The position numbers and the translations under genes were made by a program. Below the pieces are notes generated by a model. It was given only the letters and a program-made list of their open reading frames with translations, did not search any database and was not told where the DNA came from. Positions 23,722-37,699 of a stretch of 64,000 nt of DNA are shown here, one piece after another. The DNA is from Octopus vulgaris (lineage: Eukaryota). Each line of letters starts with the position of its first letter. Positions within the stretch are counted from its first letter, which is position 1. Location of the stretch: NCBI GenBank assembly GCA_951406725.2, contig OX597834.1:38378001-38442000 (forward strand). The letters are read 5' to 3'.

Positions 23722-24338
23722 CTTTTATCTTATACTTGTTTCAGTCATTAGATTGCGGCCATGTTGGGGCATCGCCTTGAAGAACTTTTAGTCGAATGAA
23801 CTGACCCCAGTACGTTCTTTTTCTTAAGCCTGGTACTTATTTTATCGATCACTATTGCCGAACCGCTAATTTGCGGGGTCGTAAACACTCCAACACCGCT
23901 TGTTAAGTGGTGATGGGGACAAACACATACACATAGATATATAGATAGATGTATGATGGGCTTCTTTTCAGTTCCCGTCTACCAAATCCACTCACAAGGC
24001 TTTAGTCGGCCTGAGGCCATAGTGGAAGACACTTGCCCAAGGTGCCACGCTGTAAAATTGAACTCGGAACCAAGCTTCTTATTTCTTTATTGGCCACGAG
24101 GGGCTAAGCATAGAGGGGAAAACAAGAACAGACAGAGGTATTAAGTCGATTACAATGACCCCAGTGCGTAACTGGTACTTAATTTATCGACCCTGATAGG
24201 ATGAAAGGCAAAGTCGAACTCCCGGCAGACGAAATACGGCTCGGCATTTCGCCCGGCGTGCTAACGTTTCTGCCAGCTCGCCACCTTGGCTGTGTGGTAA
24301 GAACCAAGTTTCTTACCACACAGCCAAGCTAACGCCTA
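23722..24338 (-). mobile_element. SINE family B interrupted by a family A copy
   Basis: B body at 23722-24080, A copy at 24081-24287, remaining B head at 24310-24338. Confidence 0.85.
24081..24287 (-). mobile_element. SINE family A nested in family B
   Basis: ATTTCTTTATTGGCCAC...CTGCCAGCTCGCCACCTT. Confidence 0.85.
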
Positions 24339-27300
24339 CATACATACATACATACATACATACATACATACATACATACATACATACATACATACATACA
24401 TACATACGTATATGCACACACGATCGCATACAAGGACAGACATTTACCATTTTCTCTCGGTTCTACTTTGTTTTTGTTATTTTATTTAACTTATTAATTT
24501 TTTTTATTACATCCAGCCAACCCTATTCAGTATTTCCTCCTTCCATTTGATGGGTTCAGATTATATTTAAAAAGGACACAAGAATATAAGAATAAGAACA
24601 TTATATGATGTAATGTTTGAATAGAACGAAAACAGGCTTGATGTTTATCGTATGTGAATTAGTTCTTCAGAAATTCTGGAAGAAAATGACGGTTTTGTGA
24701 GCAATGATAGATGAAGACATCTATTCTACTTCATATCTTATCTGTAATGACTGAGATCTAATTGATAAATCTTCAATAATATTAACGGTTATGATGTTCC
24801 TTGTAGTTCTTGTACAGAAAGAATATTTTATCATGGTGAGCGCCTGCGCACACACATGCACACACTCACACTCATACACACATTCAAGCAGACACATAAA
24901 AACACGTAGACACACATGTATATATACACAGAAACTCACAAAGCGCGTGTAGATATAGTCACAAACACAGACATTTAATTTACATACACATACACATAGA
25001 TATATGTCCATACACTCACACCCACACATATGTATATATGTGTATATGAATATCTACATATAATATACGTATATATACTTTATACATACATGGACATATA
25101 TATATGCGTATGTATACACGCACACTCACACACACACACACACACACGCACATACACACACATATATATACACATATATCGTCTGTGGAATTATGTATGC
25201 ATATAACATAACTTATAGCTATAAATCAGAAGGCTGGACTCTGCAACGAACTTTAATAGCAAATTGAATCACGCCTCTTATGTCACAGAGTAATGCATAT
25301 ATACCACACAATCTCTAAAGTTTTTATCAATTTATACACTTGTTGCTAATTAAATAATGTATATTATCTTGCCAACGAGCAAGGACCCAAAGCGTTAGAT
25401 TCTTCGTTCCCCGCTCAATCTTGCTTACAAAACTTTTTTTAGCGATTATGCAATAATATCTTGACTTTTGGCTAGAGGCATATATGCTTAATTGTCTTTT
25501 TAGTAATTTTAATTTTTCCTACCAGAAAGATCTGGTTTCTAACAACGAAATAAAGCTTCATTGGAATTTTGATAAAAACAACTGTGGTATATCACATCTT
25601 GAATTTTATAAAAGTTTTACAGATATTTACTCTTTCACCTACATATTGTATTTGCAAAGTTTGTTTTGCCTGGTCACTCTCTTTGCCTGAAAACACCAGT
25701 TTTCAAGTGTAAATTTACTAAAGCAGAAAAGTTGTATGTTGGGAAGCAGTTGTCCATAAATAGTCTCCTTTTCACTAATTTTTAACGAAATCTTCATATT
25801 TAGAAAGTAACATAACCTCTATAACACTTCTTAATTTTTCTTTTACGCATTTGTACGAATGCATGTATATATGAATGTATATATGTGGGGTTTTTTCTGG
25901 TTTGCTTTTCAAATTTATCACCAATATATAAAGTGCCTGTCTCCAAAGTAGAAACAAGGTTCTTCTGGTTTAAATTTAGACACAGATATGACTATATGTT
26001 ACTTCTGATTTGGAGATTTAGAGTACATTTTAACCAGTTACCTAGTAGCAAGGTTGTAAAGAAACTAAATCTTGCCTTTCCGCGTTCCTTCATGAAATTA
26101 TTCACTCTTCAAAATTCAATTTTTATCGTAATAAATCTCCAGCGTAAGAATTACTGATCTAGCAAACTTGTTACATGACCTACTACTCCCATATAATTAA
26201 TTTCCACTGAAAGAATATTTTAGTTACTGAATTTACAAACTCTTCATCAGCGGTTCATTGACGCCTTCTTCTTCTTCGGTATCTTTTTTTATCAAACTGA
26301 TGCCATGTAGGCAGCTGGTTTCTGCAATAAATTATAGTTTATTTCGCTTTACCAAGCAATAATATAAACTGTTTAGTTACTGTTTAATCTCCAGATTCTA
26401 CCATTATTTTTTTTTATTATTCATCAGTTTCAGTTTATGCATCGTTGTTATTTTTTTCTTCATCAGTGTCTTCAAGGCTGTTCTGGGTACTGCATCATGT
26501 CTCATGAAAAGGCACAATATATCCTCTTTGTGCAAATAAATTGCTAAGATTCTATATTGTAGAAACCCTAATTGTATTAATATATTACTGAGGTTCTGTA
26601 TTCTATCGCTACCCACCACGCTACTAAACGGTTGCAGTTGTTATCTAACATTAATCTAGCGGGCTGTGGTTTTCATTGGTGGATCTGGGTGGAAGATTCC
26701 GATGGATGATGGAACAGAAGAAGATTGATTATAATGGTGGGCGTTATAAATAGATCAAATATCGATGAGAAAATGTGCGGCCAAGAAAATATCGATAATA
26801 CCCTAAAATGTGTGACTAGACATTGGTTGGCAACAAGGAAATAAGTAATTACTGGTTGGTAAGGATCACAGAACAGGAGTCTATACAAGAATACTGCAGT
26901 GATTATTAACATGAATTAAATAGAAAAAGGGAGGTTGGTAGTAAAATGGCCGTACAATTAAGTTTAATGAACACTTGACTTAACCGATTTAACTAGCATA
27001 ATTAAGAAATATACAATTATTTTTTTTCTTTAATTTTATACCTATCTACCTACATACATAAGTGTCAAAATTTCAGATGATGGGCCGTGTTATACACAGT
27101 GCCGCCTGGAGAGTATATCCACTGACAGCTTTTCGGTGCGTTCAAAAATCACATAACCCCCACCTCCAATTTTCCATGACAGGTTAGGGCCTGAAACACT
27201 CCAAACAAACGCATAGCATGTTGCTTGGTCGAATTAGTCCAACATTTACTACACAAATGTTTTGTTGTCAATGCTGCACTTTCCCATATCACCAGTTCCA

Positions 27301-27340
27301 ACATAACTGTAATATATTATATACCAACTATGCCATTTTA

Positions 27341-27560
27341 ATCCCGAGTAATACCGGGTATCCCGAGTAATACCGGGTATACACCCCACCCCCCACACAT
27401 ATATATATATAAGATATAAGATAAGATAAGAAGAAAAAGATATAAGATAGAATAAGAAGAAAAAGCATAATAGTTTCCATTGAACCATTTACTTTCATTT
27501 TGGAAGACAAACAAACACACAAACGGACAGGATGTCTGTTTTATATATATATATATATAC
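27341..27560. mobile_element. Possible Helentron/DINE-like remnant
   Basis: Tandem pair of ATCCCGAGTAATACCGGGT hairpins, then (ACAA)n and TGTTTTATATATAT. Confidence 0.3.
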
Positions 27561-28185
27561 ATACATACATACGCATATATATTTACATACATACATATAT
27601 ACATAATAGTTTTCAACGTATTAATAGAAAATTGCGCCCATCTCTGTAACCAAAACAGTAGGGACACTGACTGTATTTACTCTTGTAGGTGTCCTTTGTG
27701 AGTTCGATATAATATACCATAGTATAGGGTCTCAGTATACTACCACCTTAAGGAGATATAATCCACTGAATGGGTAGTATTGGATGGATCAGAAAATTTG
27801 AAATTTGCCGTAAAGGCGAGAGATGGGAAGGTAGAGATTGTTTGCTTATGGGTTTACGATGATGTTTTAAGCCCTCTGGAGCGATGGGGTCCAGACCGAA
27901 TCAACTGATTTTGACATCGCTTTAGTTGAAGAGTGTGCTAAATTTATCTGTGACTGAGAAGCATTTATCTAGTCATGAGAATAAGGTTCTATTTTGACTT
28001 TTACATTCCTGCTTTATGGTGGGCTGGGCTGGGAGGGTTGAGCTGGGTTGCGCCATTTCATACTGTTCACCCTGAACTTGCTGCTCGCGCGTGCACGCGT
28101 GTGTGTATGTATGTGCCTGTGTGTATATGTGTGTCTGTGTGAGTGTGTGTGTCTATGTGTGGATACGTCTGTATGTGTGCGTACA

Positions 28186-28189
<4 letters not shown>

Positions 28190-28263
<74 letters not shown>

Positions 28264-28515
28264 ATATATGATATATATGATCATAAAGATATATACACGC
28301 ATACATACGTACATACATACGTGCAAACATACATGCATGCATGTTTACATACACGCATGCATGCATACATACATACATACATACATACATACATACATAC
28401 ATACATACATACATACATACATACATACATACATACATACATACATACATACATACATACATACATACATACATACATACATACATACATACATACATAC
28501 ATACATACATACATA
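28190..28515. repeat. (TA)n and (TACA)n microsatellites
   Basis: Directly visible. Confidence 0.95.
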
Positions 28516-28761
28516 CTACTTTCGTAAATACATACATTTTAATCACCCTTCGACGAAGGATCCTGTTACAAACTTTTGACGTCTCTTCTTTCCCTGCGGC
28601 AACATAATTTATTCCACTTTGTAAACTTTTTACACTTAATATTTACCGACACATAACTATCTACTAGATGCCTCGATTTCTACTGTTTCACTTTCATACT
28701 TGATTATATCAGCGGAAGATTAATAACTGTCTGTGTGTATAAAAATGTATGAATATATATA

Positions 28762-28820
<59 letters not shown>

Positions 28821-28986
28821 TCGCTAAAACGTGTATTAAAGTCAAGATCTGAGACATAAGATATATCTCAGTTACTAAAAGCCATTTGCCTCAAATTGAA
28901 GCGATATTGTGATCAAAACATCTAACACGAAACATGAATCGGTGTATATGTGGGTGTGTATACATACTCACATACACACCACTTAC

Positions 28987-29030
<44 letters not shown>

Positions 29031-29101
29031 ATTATTATTATTATCATTAGTGACGGAAGCAGTATTAATACCAGAAGGTAATCTTTATATCCAACTTACC
29101 A

Positions 29102-29286
29102 TGGATGCCTTATTAGAACTCCCAATATTGCATTATTAGCATTGAGAGAACTTCTCTTACAGGCGCTTAGACCATAAAAGCACGATCTTATGTGTGTGTT
29201 TTTATGCACCAAGTTCCTATGTGCCTATAACGGTGGTTCTCTCAAGACTTAATATTGCAGTATACGGTGTTCTAACAAGGCATCCG
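29102..29286. mobile_element. Palindromic fold-back MITE of about 185 bp
   Basis: GGATGCCTTATTAGAAC...TTGAGAGAAC... pairs with ...GTTCTCTCAA...GTTCTAACAAGGCATCC; TA on the right flank. Confidence 0.75.
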
Positions 29287-29331
29287 TATGTATGTATGCC
29301 CGCATGTATGTGTTTTTTATATATATATATA

Positions 29332-29988
29332 TTCTTTTATTCTCTTGCTTGCTTCAGTCATTTGACTGCGGCCATGCTGGAACTCCAACTTAAAGGGTTA
29401 TAGTCGAACAAATCAGCCCCAAGACTTATTCCTTGTAAAGCTAGTACTTATTCTATCGGCACTTTTGCCGAACCGCTAAGTTACGAGGACGTAAACGCAC
29501 CAACATCGGTTGTCGAGCGATAGTGGGAGGGGACAAACACAGACACAAAACACAATCGTGTGTGTGTGTGTGTGTGTACGTGTGTGTGCGTATGTATGTA
29601 TGCATAGGACAGGCTTCTTTTAGTTTCCGTCTACCAAATCCTCTCACAAGGCTTTGGTCAGCCCGAAGCTATAGTAGAAAACGCTTGCTCATGGTGCCAC
29701 GCAGTGGGACTGAACCCGGAACCATGTGCTTGGGAAGCAAGCTTCTTACCACTCAGCCACGCCACCGCCTAATGTGTGTGTGTGTGTGTGTGTGCGTGCG
29801 CGTGCGTATGTATGTAATATATAGGACAGGCTTCTTTTAGTTTCCGTCTACCAAATCCTCTCACAAGACTTTGGTCAGCCCGAAGCTATAGTAGAAGACG
29901 CCTGCTCATGGTGCCACGCAGTGGGACTGAACCCGGAACCATGTGCTTGGGAAGCAAGCTTCTTACCACACAGCCACGCCACAGCCTA

Positions 29989-30033
<45 letters not shown>

Positions 30034-30226
30034 CGTGCGCGTGCGTATGTATGTATATATAGGACAGGCTTCTTTTAGTTTCCGTCTACCAAATCCACTC
30101 ACAAGACTTTGGTCAGCCCGAAGCTATAGTAGAAGACGCTTGCTCATGGTGCCACGCAGTGGGACTGAACCCGGAACCATGTGCTTGGGAAGCAAGCTTC
30201 TTACCACACAGCCACGCCACAGCCTA
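29332..30226 (-). mobile_element. SINE family B with its 5' half tandemly triplicated
   Basis: Three near-identical units begin ATAGGACAGGCTTCTTTTAG at about 29603, 29821 and 30059, separated by (TG)n. Confidence 0.92.
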
Positions 30227-30569
30227 ATACGTGTGTGTGGATGTGTAATGAGAGAGATAAATGTATACATACGCACACGTGTATGTATTTAAGAATGTTA
30301 ATGTGTGCGGGTATTTGTGAGCTTTTTTCATACTTTTGCGTGTTAATGTGTGCGATTTTATAAAGATCTTTTAAATTATGCATATGTGTGTAAATAAGAT
30401 GTCGGCCACAAACTCCACCCCTGTCTCAGTCATCTCTCTTTCATTGGGGAAGGAAGTAAGTGTTGCTTGATTTGCTTTTCTTCATTTTTTAAATTTTTTT
30501 CCTGAAGAAAACCTGTGAGATATTTTGGTTTAATCTTCACAGATAATGCAGATTTATTAGGGTATTAAA

Positions 30570-30581
30570 AATAAAAATAAA

Positions 30582-30645
<64 letters not shown>

Positions 30646-30877
30646 GTAATAGTAATAAAAAAAATAATAATAATGATAGTAGTAATAATAATAATAATAA
30701 TAGTAATAATAATAGTAATAGTAATAAAAAATAATAATAATGATAGTAGTAATAATAATAATAATAATAGTAATAATAATAGTAATAGTAATAAAAAAAA
30801 TAATAATAATGATAGTAGTAATAATAATAATAATAATAATAGTAATAGTAATAATAATAATAATAATAATAATAGTA

Positions 30878-30910
<33 letters not shown>

Positions 30911-31029
30911 GTAATAGTAATAAAAAAAAATAATAATAATGATAGTAGTAATAATAATAATAATAATAATAATAATAGTAATAGTAATAAAAAAAAATTA
31001 CAATAATGATAGTAGTAATAATAATAATA

Positions 31030-31116
<87 letters not shown>

Positions 31117-31196
31117 ATAATAATGATAATAATAATAATAACAACAACAACAACAACAGCAGCAGCAACATCAACTTCATCCTCCCCCTCCTCACG

Positions 31197-31237
<41 letters not shown>
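30570..31237. repeat. (AAT)n-derived higher-order minisatellite followed by (AGT)n/(AAC)n/(ATC)n
   Basis: The landmark AGTAATAGTAATAAAAAA...AATGATAGTAGT recurs five times. Confidence 0.9.
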
Positions 31238-31424
31238 TGATTTCGTGATGTAACTGAAGAAAAATCATTCCTACACTGATAATATTTTATACATTTTCTT
31301 TATTTTTTGTTTCTTTCTTTCTTTCTTCTTTTATTTTCTGTTTTTTTTTTCCACTCTTGGTTATAGCTCTTTTATTTAAAAGTTTCTTTTTTTAACTTTT
31401 TTGTTTCACGATCTACAGTATTAT

Positions 31425-31476
<52 letters not shown>

Positions 31477-32780
31477 GCTCACTCTTTACCACACTTCTAT
31501 CCACCCCTGTTCAACATTTCAGCTCTTACTCTCTCAACTAATTCCCCCCACCCTCCACCCCCACCCTGTCAGTTTCTTTTGGTTTCACTCTAGTTCTTTT
31601 ATTTTCCCCTCTTCCTATACTTCTTTATTCTGATTACTCTTAAATACAGTAAATGGGAGAGTAAATGAGTTAGAGAAAAGATGGAGACAGATAAAAAGAT
31701 GTATACATAGATAGTGACTCAGACGACAGAAAGAGAGGGGGGAAAATGTATGTTTTGGGAGAAGGAAAGAGAGACAGACAGACAGACAGACAGAGGCAGA
31801 GACAGAGTGTATGTTTTCACAAGTTTCCCCAGCTAAAACTATATCAAACTGAATGAGTTATTACTGTTTGCTATTGTTGCTGTTTACTCCCAAGTTAGCC
31901 TTGATCCAGGAGGCGTACGATCAAATGGACTCCAGCAATGGACATCTCTTTCCTTTGAATAAATCATGCACTACATTATGTAATGTCCTTCCTTGTTGCT
32001 CAGCCCTGATCCACGGGATCTAACCGAGTCAATCTCCTTTTACGATTCTCTCCCACTATCTCACCCTCCCCCCTTCCTTCCCTCTCTCCTCCCCTCCCTA
32101 TCTCCTCCTTCCCTTCTCTCTTTTCCTTCCCTCTCGCTATTTCCTTCCGCCCCTCTTTCTCTCTTTCGTCGAACACTAGTGATGGCGATCCCTCCATAAG
32201 TATTTAACCATTGCCTTTATTTGAAGGGCGACAGTATTTCCGTTTTCCATTTCCTTTTGAATTCTCTTTACAGTGGCCTTATAATATAGAGGAAGTCGAC
32301 CTTGTTTTCATTATCAATGAGGATCTGCTCGCGCTGTTTTTCAAATGTTATACGAGGAACATGCTCCGTTCGAAGTAGTGTGATCCTAATGAAGGTTTTC
32401 TATAAAGTGACAGCCCGGCTCACCCTAGTAATTTACTTTTGAGAATCAAATCTCTCCAGATTTTCATCCACTTTTCCTGATGAAGAGATTTTCCGTACTT
32501 TAGCAATCTTGCTCGCCCTTATACCCCACTTTTGAAAATCATATCTCACCAGATTTATATAAGTGAGTGCAAGAGTGTCACTATAAGGTATGAAATTTTC
32601 TCACCTACAATGTTCAGGTTTCGGTATTACACCTACACATAAAAATGGCAAGGACGACTTCTCAGTAAATCATGCTCATCATTCAGGTGGAAATATAATA
32701 ACTGTTCAATAGATGCACGGTAGTCAAATGTCGAGTTTGCCTCAAACAGCCACTTTTGTAGTTCAATATTAACACGTTCA

Positions 32781-32898
32781 AAGGCGGCGAGCTGTCAGAA
32801 ACGTTAGCACGCGGGGCGAAATGCTTAGCGGTATTTCGTCTGCCGCTACGTTCTGAGTTCAAATTCCGCCGAGGTCGACTTTGCCTTTCATCCTTTCG
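32781..32898 (+). mobile_element. SINE family A 5' part, fused to an inverted family B copy
   Basis: AAGGCGGCGAGCTGTCAGAAACG...CATCCTTTCGG, then an abrupt switch. Confidence 0.88.
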
Positions 32899-33192
32899 GA
32901 ACCGCTAAGTTACGAGGTCGTAAACGCACCAACATCGGTTGTCAAACGATGGTAGGAGAAAAAACACAGACACACAAGCATATACATATATATATATATA
33001 TACAAATGTATACTCACACACATACACGACAAGCTTCTTTCATTTTCCGTCTACCAAATCCACTCACAAGGCTTTGGTCAGTCCGAAGCCATAGTAGATG
33101 GCACTTGCCCAAGGTGCCACGCATTGGGACTGAACCCTAAACCATGATGTTGGTAAGCAAGCTACATACTACACAGCCACTCTTGCGCCTAT
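32899..33192 (-). mobile_element. SINE family B lacking its 3' end
   Basis: AACCGCTAAGTTACG...CACAGCCACTCTTGCGCCTAT. Confidence 0.88.
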
Positions 33193-33863
33193 GTTTTTCG
33201 TGTCGACCCATCTCACTGGTAATATTCCCACGTAAATCTGCACTCATCTTGACCTGAGGTCACGCAGACGACTGTGTTTTTAAGAAACAAAACACCAAAT
33301 ACATGAGAATTTGGGCTGATAACTTATAGGATATATTTTACACTTCACTACGCACCATAAGCTGAGTACTGGCCCTTATTATTGTACGATGCAGAATGCA
33401 TGCATTTATAATGATATGAAACACATACATACATGCATAAATACATATCCACGTATTTGTGTGTGTGTGTGTGTGCGTCATTTTGGTAAGGGTAGTGAAA
33501 TATAGGTTCTGATTTCTTCTTAAACAACAATATTTTTGACAGTGACTTCGAAGTTCTGGCCACTTAGACCATCATCTGACTGCACTTGGACCATCATCTG
33601 ATTTTATAAAGTTAGATAACGTATGATGTGTGGAGTTGTAATGGTATGCATTTTGTTGTCTGTAGCATGTAACGTTATTGCGGAATGAGCGGTGTTACAC
33701 AGCAAATATGAGATGACAGATGACAAAGCTAGCTACAGTAACATGTGCGGAGACAACTCTCCTGATTTAATCTATGTGTTTGTCTCTCTGTTTGCATGTC
33801 TGTCAGTTTTTCTATCTGCCTGTCTGCTTCCTTGACTGTATGCCCGCCAGCCTATGTGTCTGC

Positions 33864-33919
<56 letters not shown>

Positions 33920-34182
33920 TGCCTTCTATAAATATGTGTATACATACATACATATATACATACATATATATATACATATATAGAAACATATATATATATG
34001 TGTATGTGTATATATATATATATATATACATACATATACGTTCGTAGTTATGTATATGTGTATGTGTGAATGTATATCATCTCTATACATATGTATATTT
34101 GTACTTATGTATATATGTGTATTTGTATACGTATAGGTATCTCTATTTCTCTCTCTCTTTCTTTCTGTCTGTCTCGCTCTCT

Positions 34183-34231
<49 letters not shown>

Positions 34232-34425
34232 CATACATATATATATGTATGCATGTTTTACGTGTGTGTGTTTGTGCGTGTTTGTGTTTGTGTGTATGTC
34301 TGTGTGTGTGTGTGTGCACGCTTATCATGGCGTATGTATGTCTTATGCATACACTCATATACACTCAACACAGACACTTATACACAAGCTCTCACACTCA
34401 CAATCTCTCTTTCTCCCCGCTCTCA

Positions 34426-34468
<43 letters not shown>

Positions 34469-35244
34469 ACACACACACACATACACACACACAAATGGAT
34501 CAACTTTAGCCTAGATTCCTGAGTAAACAATAAGTAAAGATAACAAAGAACAATATCGGGATTGAGTTTTACAGAAGATAATGAGAAATCTTTTAACTCT
34601 GCTTTTTCTAATTTAACTTTTCAACTTTTACTTTCCACGTTTATTTCGTTTTTCGAAATCTATTTTAGAATTATCGGGGCGACAACAAAAACATATGCTT
34701 TTCGTGATTTTACAAGTTGAAAAGTTAATTTTTATTTTTACTGCTGAGAAACCTTCCTTTCATTCTCCATCTTCTCGAGGTTCTCTTTTCTTCCTGTCTA
34801 CTTTCACTTTCTGTTCTTTCCACTAGCTTTCTAGCTTACACTTCCCCGCTTTTACTCGTAAATGATGAGCATGTGCGCGCGCGTGTATGTGTTTGTGAGG
34901 GAATGTGTGCATGTTTGTTTGTATGTCTGTGTGTATTTTAATGTGTGTGCGTGTATTTGTATGTGTGTATTTGTTGTTATGTCTGTGTATGTTTCAATTT
35001 TCTTTTTTTTTTTTTACATCAATGATGTCTTATTTTGCATTGCACGAAATTGACAAATCCTTAGTACAGAATTAATCTTTTGCATTCTCATTCTTCTCCT
35101 CTTCTTCCTCTCTTCATTTTCCTTCTCCCCTTTTCATTCTTACCCCTCCTCCTCCTTTTTCTTCTTCCTCCCCCTCCTCTTCTTCTTCTTTTTCTTCTTC
35201 TTCTTCTTCTTCTCCTCCTCCTCCTCTTCCTCATCATCATCATC

Positions 35245-35309
<65 letters not shown>

Positions 35310-36227
35310 CGTCAACTTTTATGCTAATATTTCCTTTCGGTATTTTTATCGCCGCCATATTGATAAATTTGTCATCATAGAGTTTCTAGTTGTCACCTGA
35401 CGACATGTTGTACTAGTCAATGGCTGCTTACTAAAGAGTTTTCAGATATTTTCCCCCAACTTCCAATATAAATTAGAGAAAAGAAAAAGAATTTCAAATG
35501 ATGGTGCACGTAGACAGATAAGCAGGGAAGAAAAAGAGAAGGAAGGGGAGGAGGACTGACATAGAGGAAAAGGAGAGAAAAGATATCTTCTTAATTTAAA
35601 CACCTGTTAATCTCATTTCTTTTGATTTAATTTGTATTTAAAATATTTTCTAGGATTTCCTTTTCATCGCTTAGTTTCTTTCTTATTGCATGCACTTTTA
35701 GTGCAGATTATCTGCAGAAAATAAGCTCTGCCTTATTCATTTTACAAGAATCAAAACTCGCTGATTAATGGTTTCATATAAAATTCACCCAAAACACCTT
35801 ACGCTCCTCCTCACATTTACACCCTGTCCCTATCCAGCTATGTCCGTCTCTGCACATCCCGACCACTGCTTCGTTGCAACTGTCCAACACACAATCATAT
35901 ACTACACTCAGCTTCTTTTTCTCTCTGGAAGCTACCAGAAACAGCCAGGCAGGTCACTAGAAGTATCGTTTTCGGTATGTCTTCACATTCTCCACACGAC
36001 AAAACTTCAATGACTCAAGTCTTATAAATGGTTTACTCGTAACTGCACTACAACTAGGAGGCATTCTCCCGGTGGCGCAACTCTTGTAAGCCAGTGCACA
36101 AGGGACGCCTTCGTTCATCACACGGTCCGTAAGCTTTTCTGCCTCCCAAACTGCAATGGATTCTTTTGGTCCCTTAAGAAAACAATGTCCACCAACTTTG
36201 TGGAGTCTTTTTTTCATCTTCTGCTAA

Positions 36228-36400
36228 GGTTTGTAGCTTAGTGGTTAGTGTATTGGACTTATGATCGTAAGATTGTGGTTTCAATTTCTGGACTGGCAAT
36301 GCATCGTGTTCTTGAGCAAAACGCTTCATATCACGTTGCTCCAGTCCACTCAGCTGACATATACGCCACAGAAACCGGAAAACTGGCCTTATGAATTTAT
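36228..36400 (+). mobile_element. Decayed SINE family D
   Basis: GCTTAGTGGTTAG...GATCGTAAGATTGTGGTTTC...GTTCTTGAGCAAAAC matches 42030. Confidence 0.75.
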
Positions 36401-36489
36401 ATGACCCAAGTCGGAGATTTATCCTTTTTTTTTTTCAAATACTTTTTCTCTTATTATAAACAGTGATGCTCTGCTAGTGGTACCTATAT

Positions 36490-37430
36490 GGAGAAAGCCT
36501 CCACGTCCACTGCCCTTTTTGCATCCAACTCCACACTACACATACTTGGCCAATCACCACAAATACCACTTTCCACTCCCCCAGACTCCCCAACCTGCTT
36601 ACACAGATGTCAAAATACGGAAATCTCAACAGTTGCTTCACACAAAAAGCCCTCCAGTCTTGACAATATCCTTTCTATCACACTCAAGCGTTACGCCCCA
36701 GAACTTTCGCTTCTACCAAACAAAAATCTTCAATCTCATGCTCTCGTGCATCAGGAGATATTCCCTGATATCCGGAAACGTACCTTAGTATGTCTCGTTC
36801 CCCTCTGATCCAGCCAACTATGGTCCTATCGTTCTCACCTCTCTGATCTCTAAGGTAATGGAGACAACCATTTAGAATGACATTCTGCAACACCATGAAT
36901 CTGTCACTCACTCACTCACTCACTCATTCTCTCTCCCCCTCTCTCTCTTCTTCAAGCAAAAGCGTGTCCTTAGCATAGTTAAAATTACATCCGAAAAGCT
37001 GGTTCTTCTCTTCTACGCCAGAACATAGTTCATCTCCAAACAGCCTGCTGACACTGTACAAGACTTAAGTGAGACCCTCTTATGAAATACTGATCCTACA
37101 TTTCGGACGATGTTGCTACAATGCATATAAACACTCTGGACGCATCCAGAGAAGGGTCACTCGACTAATTGGTATTAATTACTTACGGACGCGATCCACA
37201 AGCATGCTGCCTTCTGTTGGTTTTTTTTTTTTTTCAATCGCTACTATAATGGCTTCTGCTTCTCAGCCCTGGTCGCATATTCCTGTTACTCAGGCACCAC
37301 CAACCCACTCGTTTTTACACATCCCTCCACTCTTGAAACATCCGACTCTTTTGATCCCTAACTAACTATTTTGCACAGTCCTTCTGCACTACAATATAGT
37401 TCCTTTGGAATCTCTCCTGGAGTAGCTGAC
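36490..37430 (+). mobile_element. Decayed LINE RT remnants (Jockey/CR1/L2-type)
   Basis: KKPSSLDNI...LKRYAPEL..KIFNL (compare KSPGPDGI..LK.CAPEL..LFN), followed by TLYKT*VRP...RIQRRVTRLIG, with an internal deletion. Confidence 0.65.
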
Positions 37431-37446
37431 GAGCAATAGTTTAAAC

Positions 37447-37699
37447 CAATGTTTCTCAACCATTTTTACCTATAGACCCCTTGAATTTCAATTTTACTCT
37501 ACTGGACCCTCATACCCATTCAGCGTTTTAGAAAAACCTATCATATTTTCATTATTAAATATTATTAGGAGTTGTATAAAATGTCGTTTAAATAATTTGT
37601 GTATTGTAGAAATATAACCAGTTTATTGCACATAAACTTTGACAGCAAAATCTTACATGGACACTCAAGGGCCATGCGGATCTCGGTTGAGAACCGCTG
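37447..37699 (+). mobile_element. hAT-type MITE, intact copy of about 250 bp
   Basis: TIRs CAATGTTTCTCAACC / GGTTGAGAACCGCTG and an 8-bp TSD GTTTAAAC / GTTTAAAT. Confidence 0.85.

Noticed and set aside
25420-26900. Complex AT-rich stretch that may be a decayed transposase
   Set aside because: No motif, TIR or sustained reading frame could be identified by eye.
27860-27990. Minus-strand LDPIAPEGLK resembling a PLE C-terminus
   Set aside because: It is a single short motif with no supporting GIY-YIG residues.
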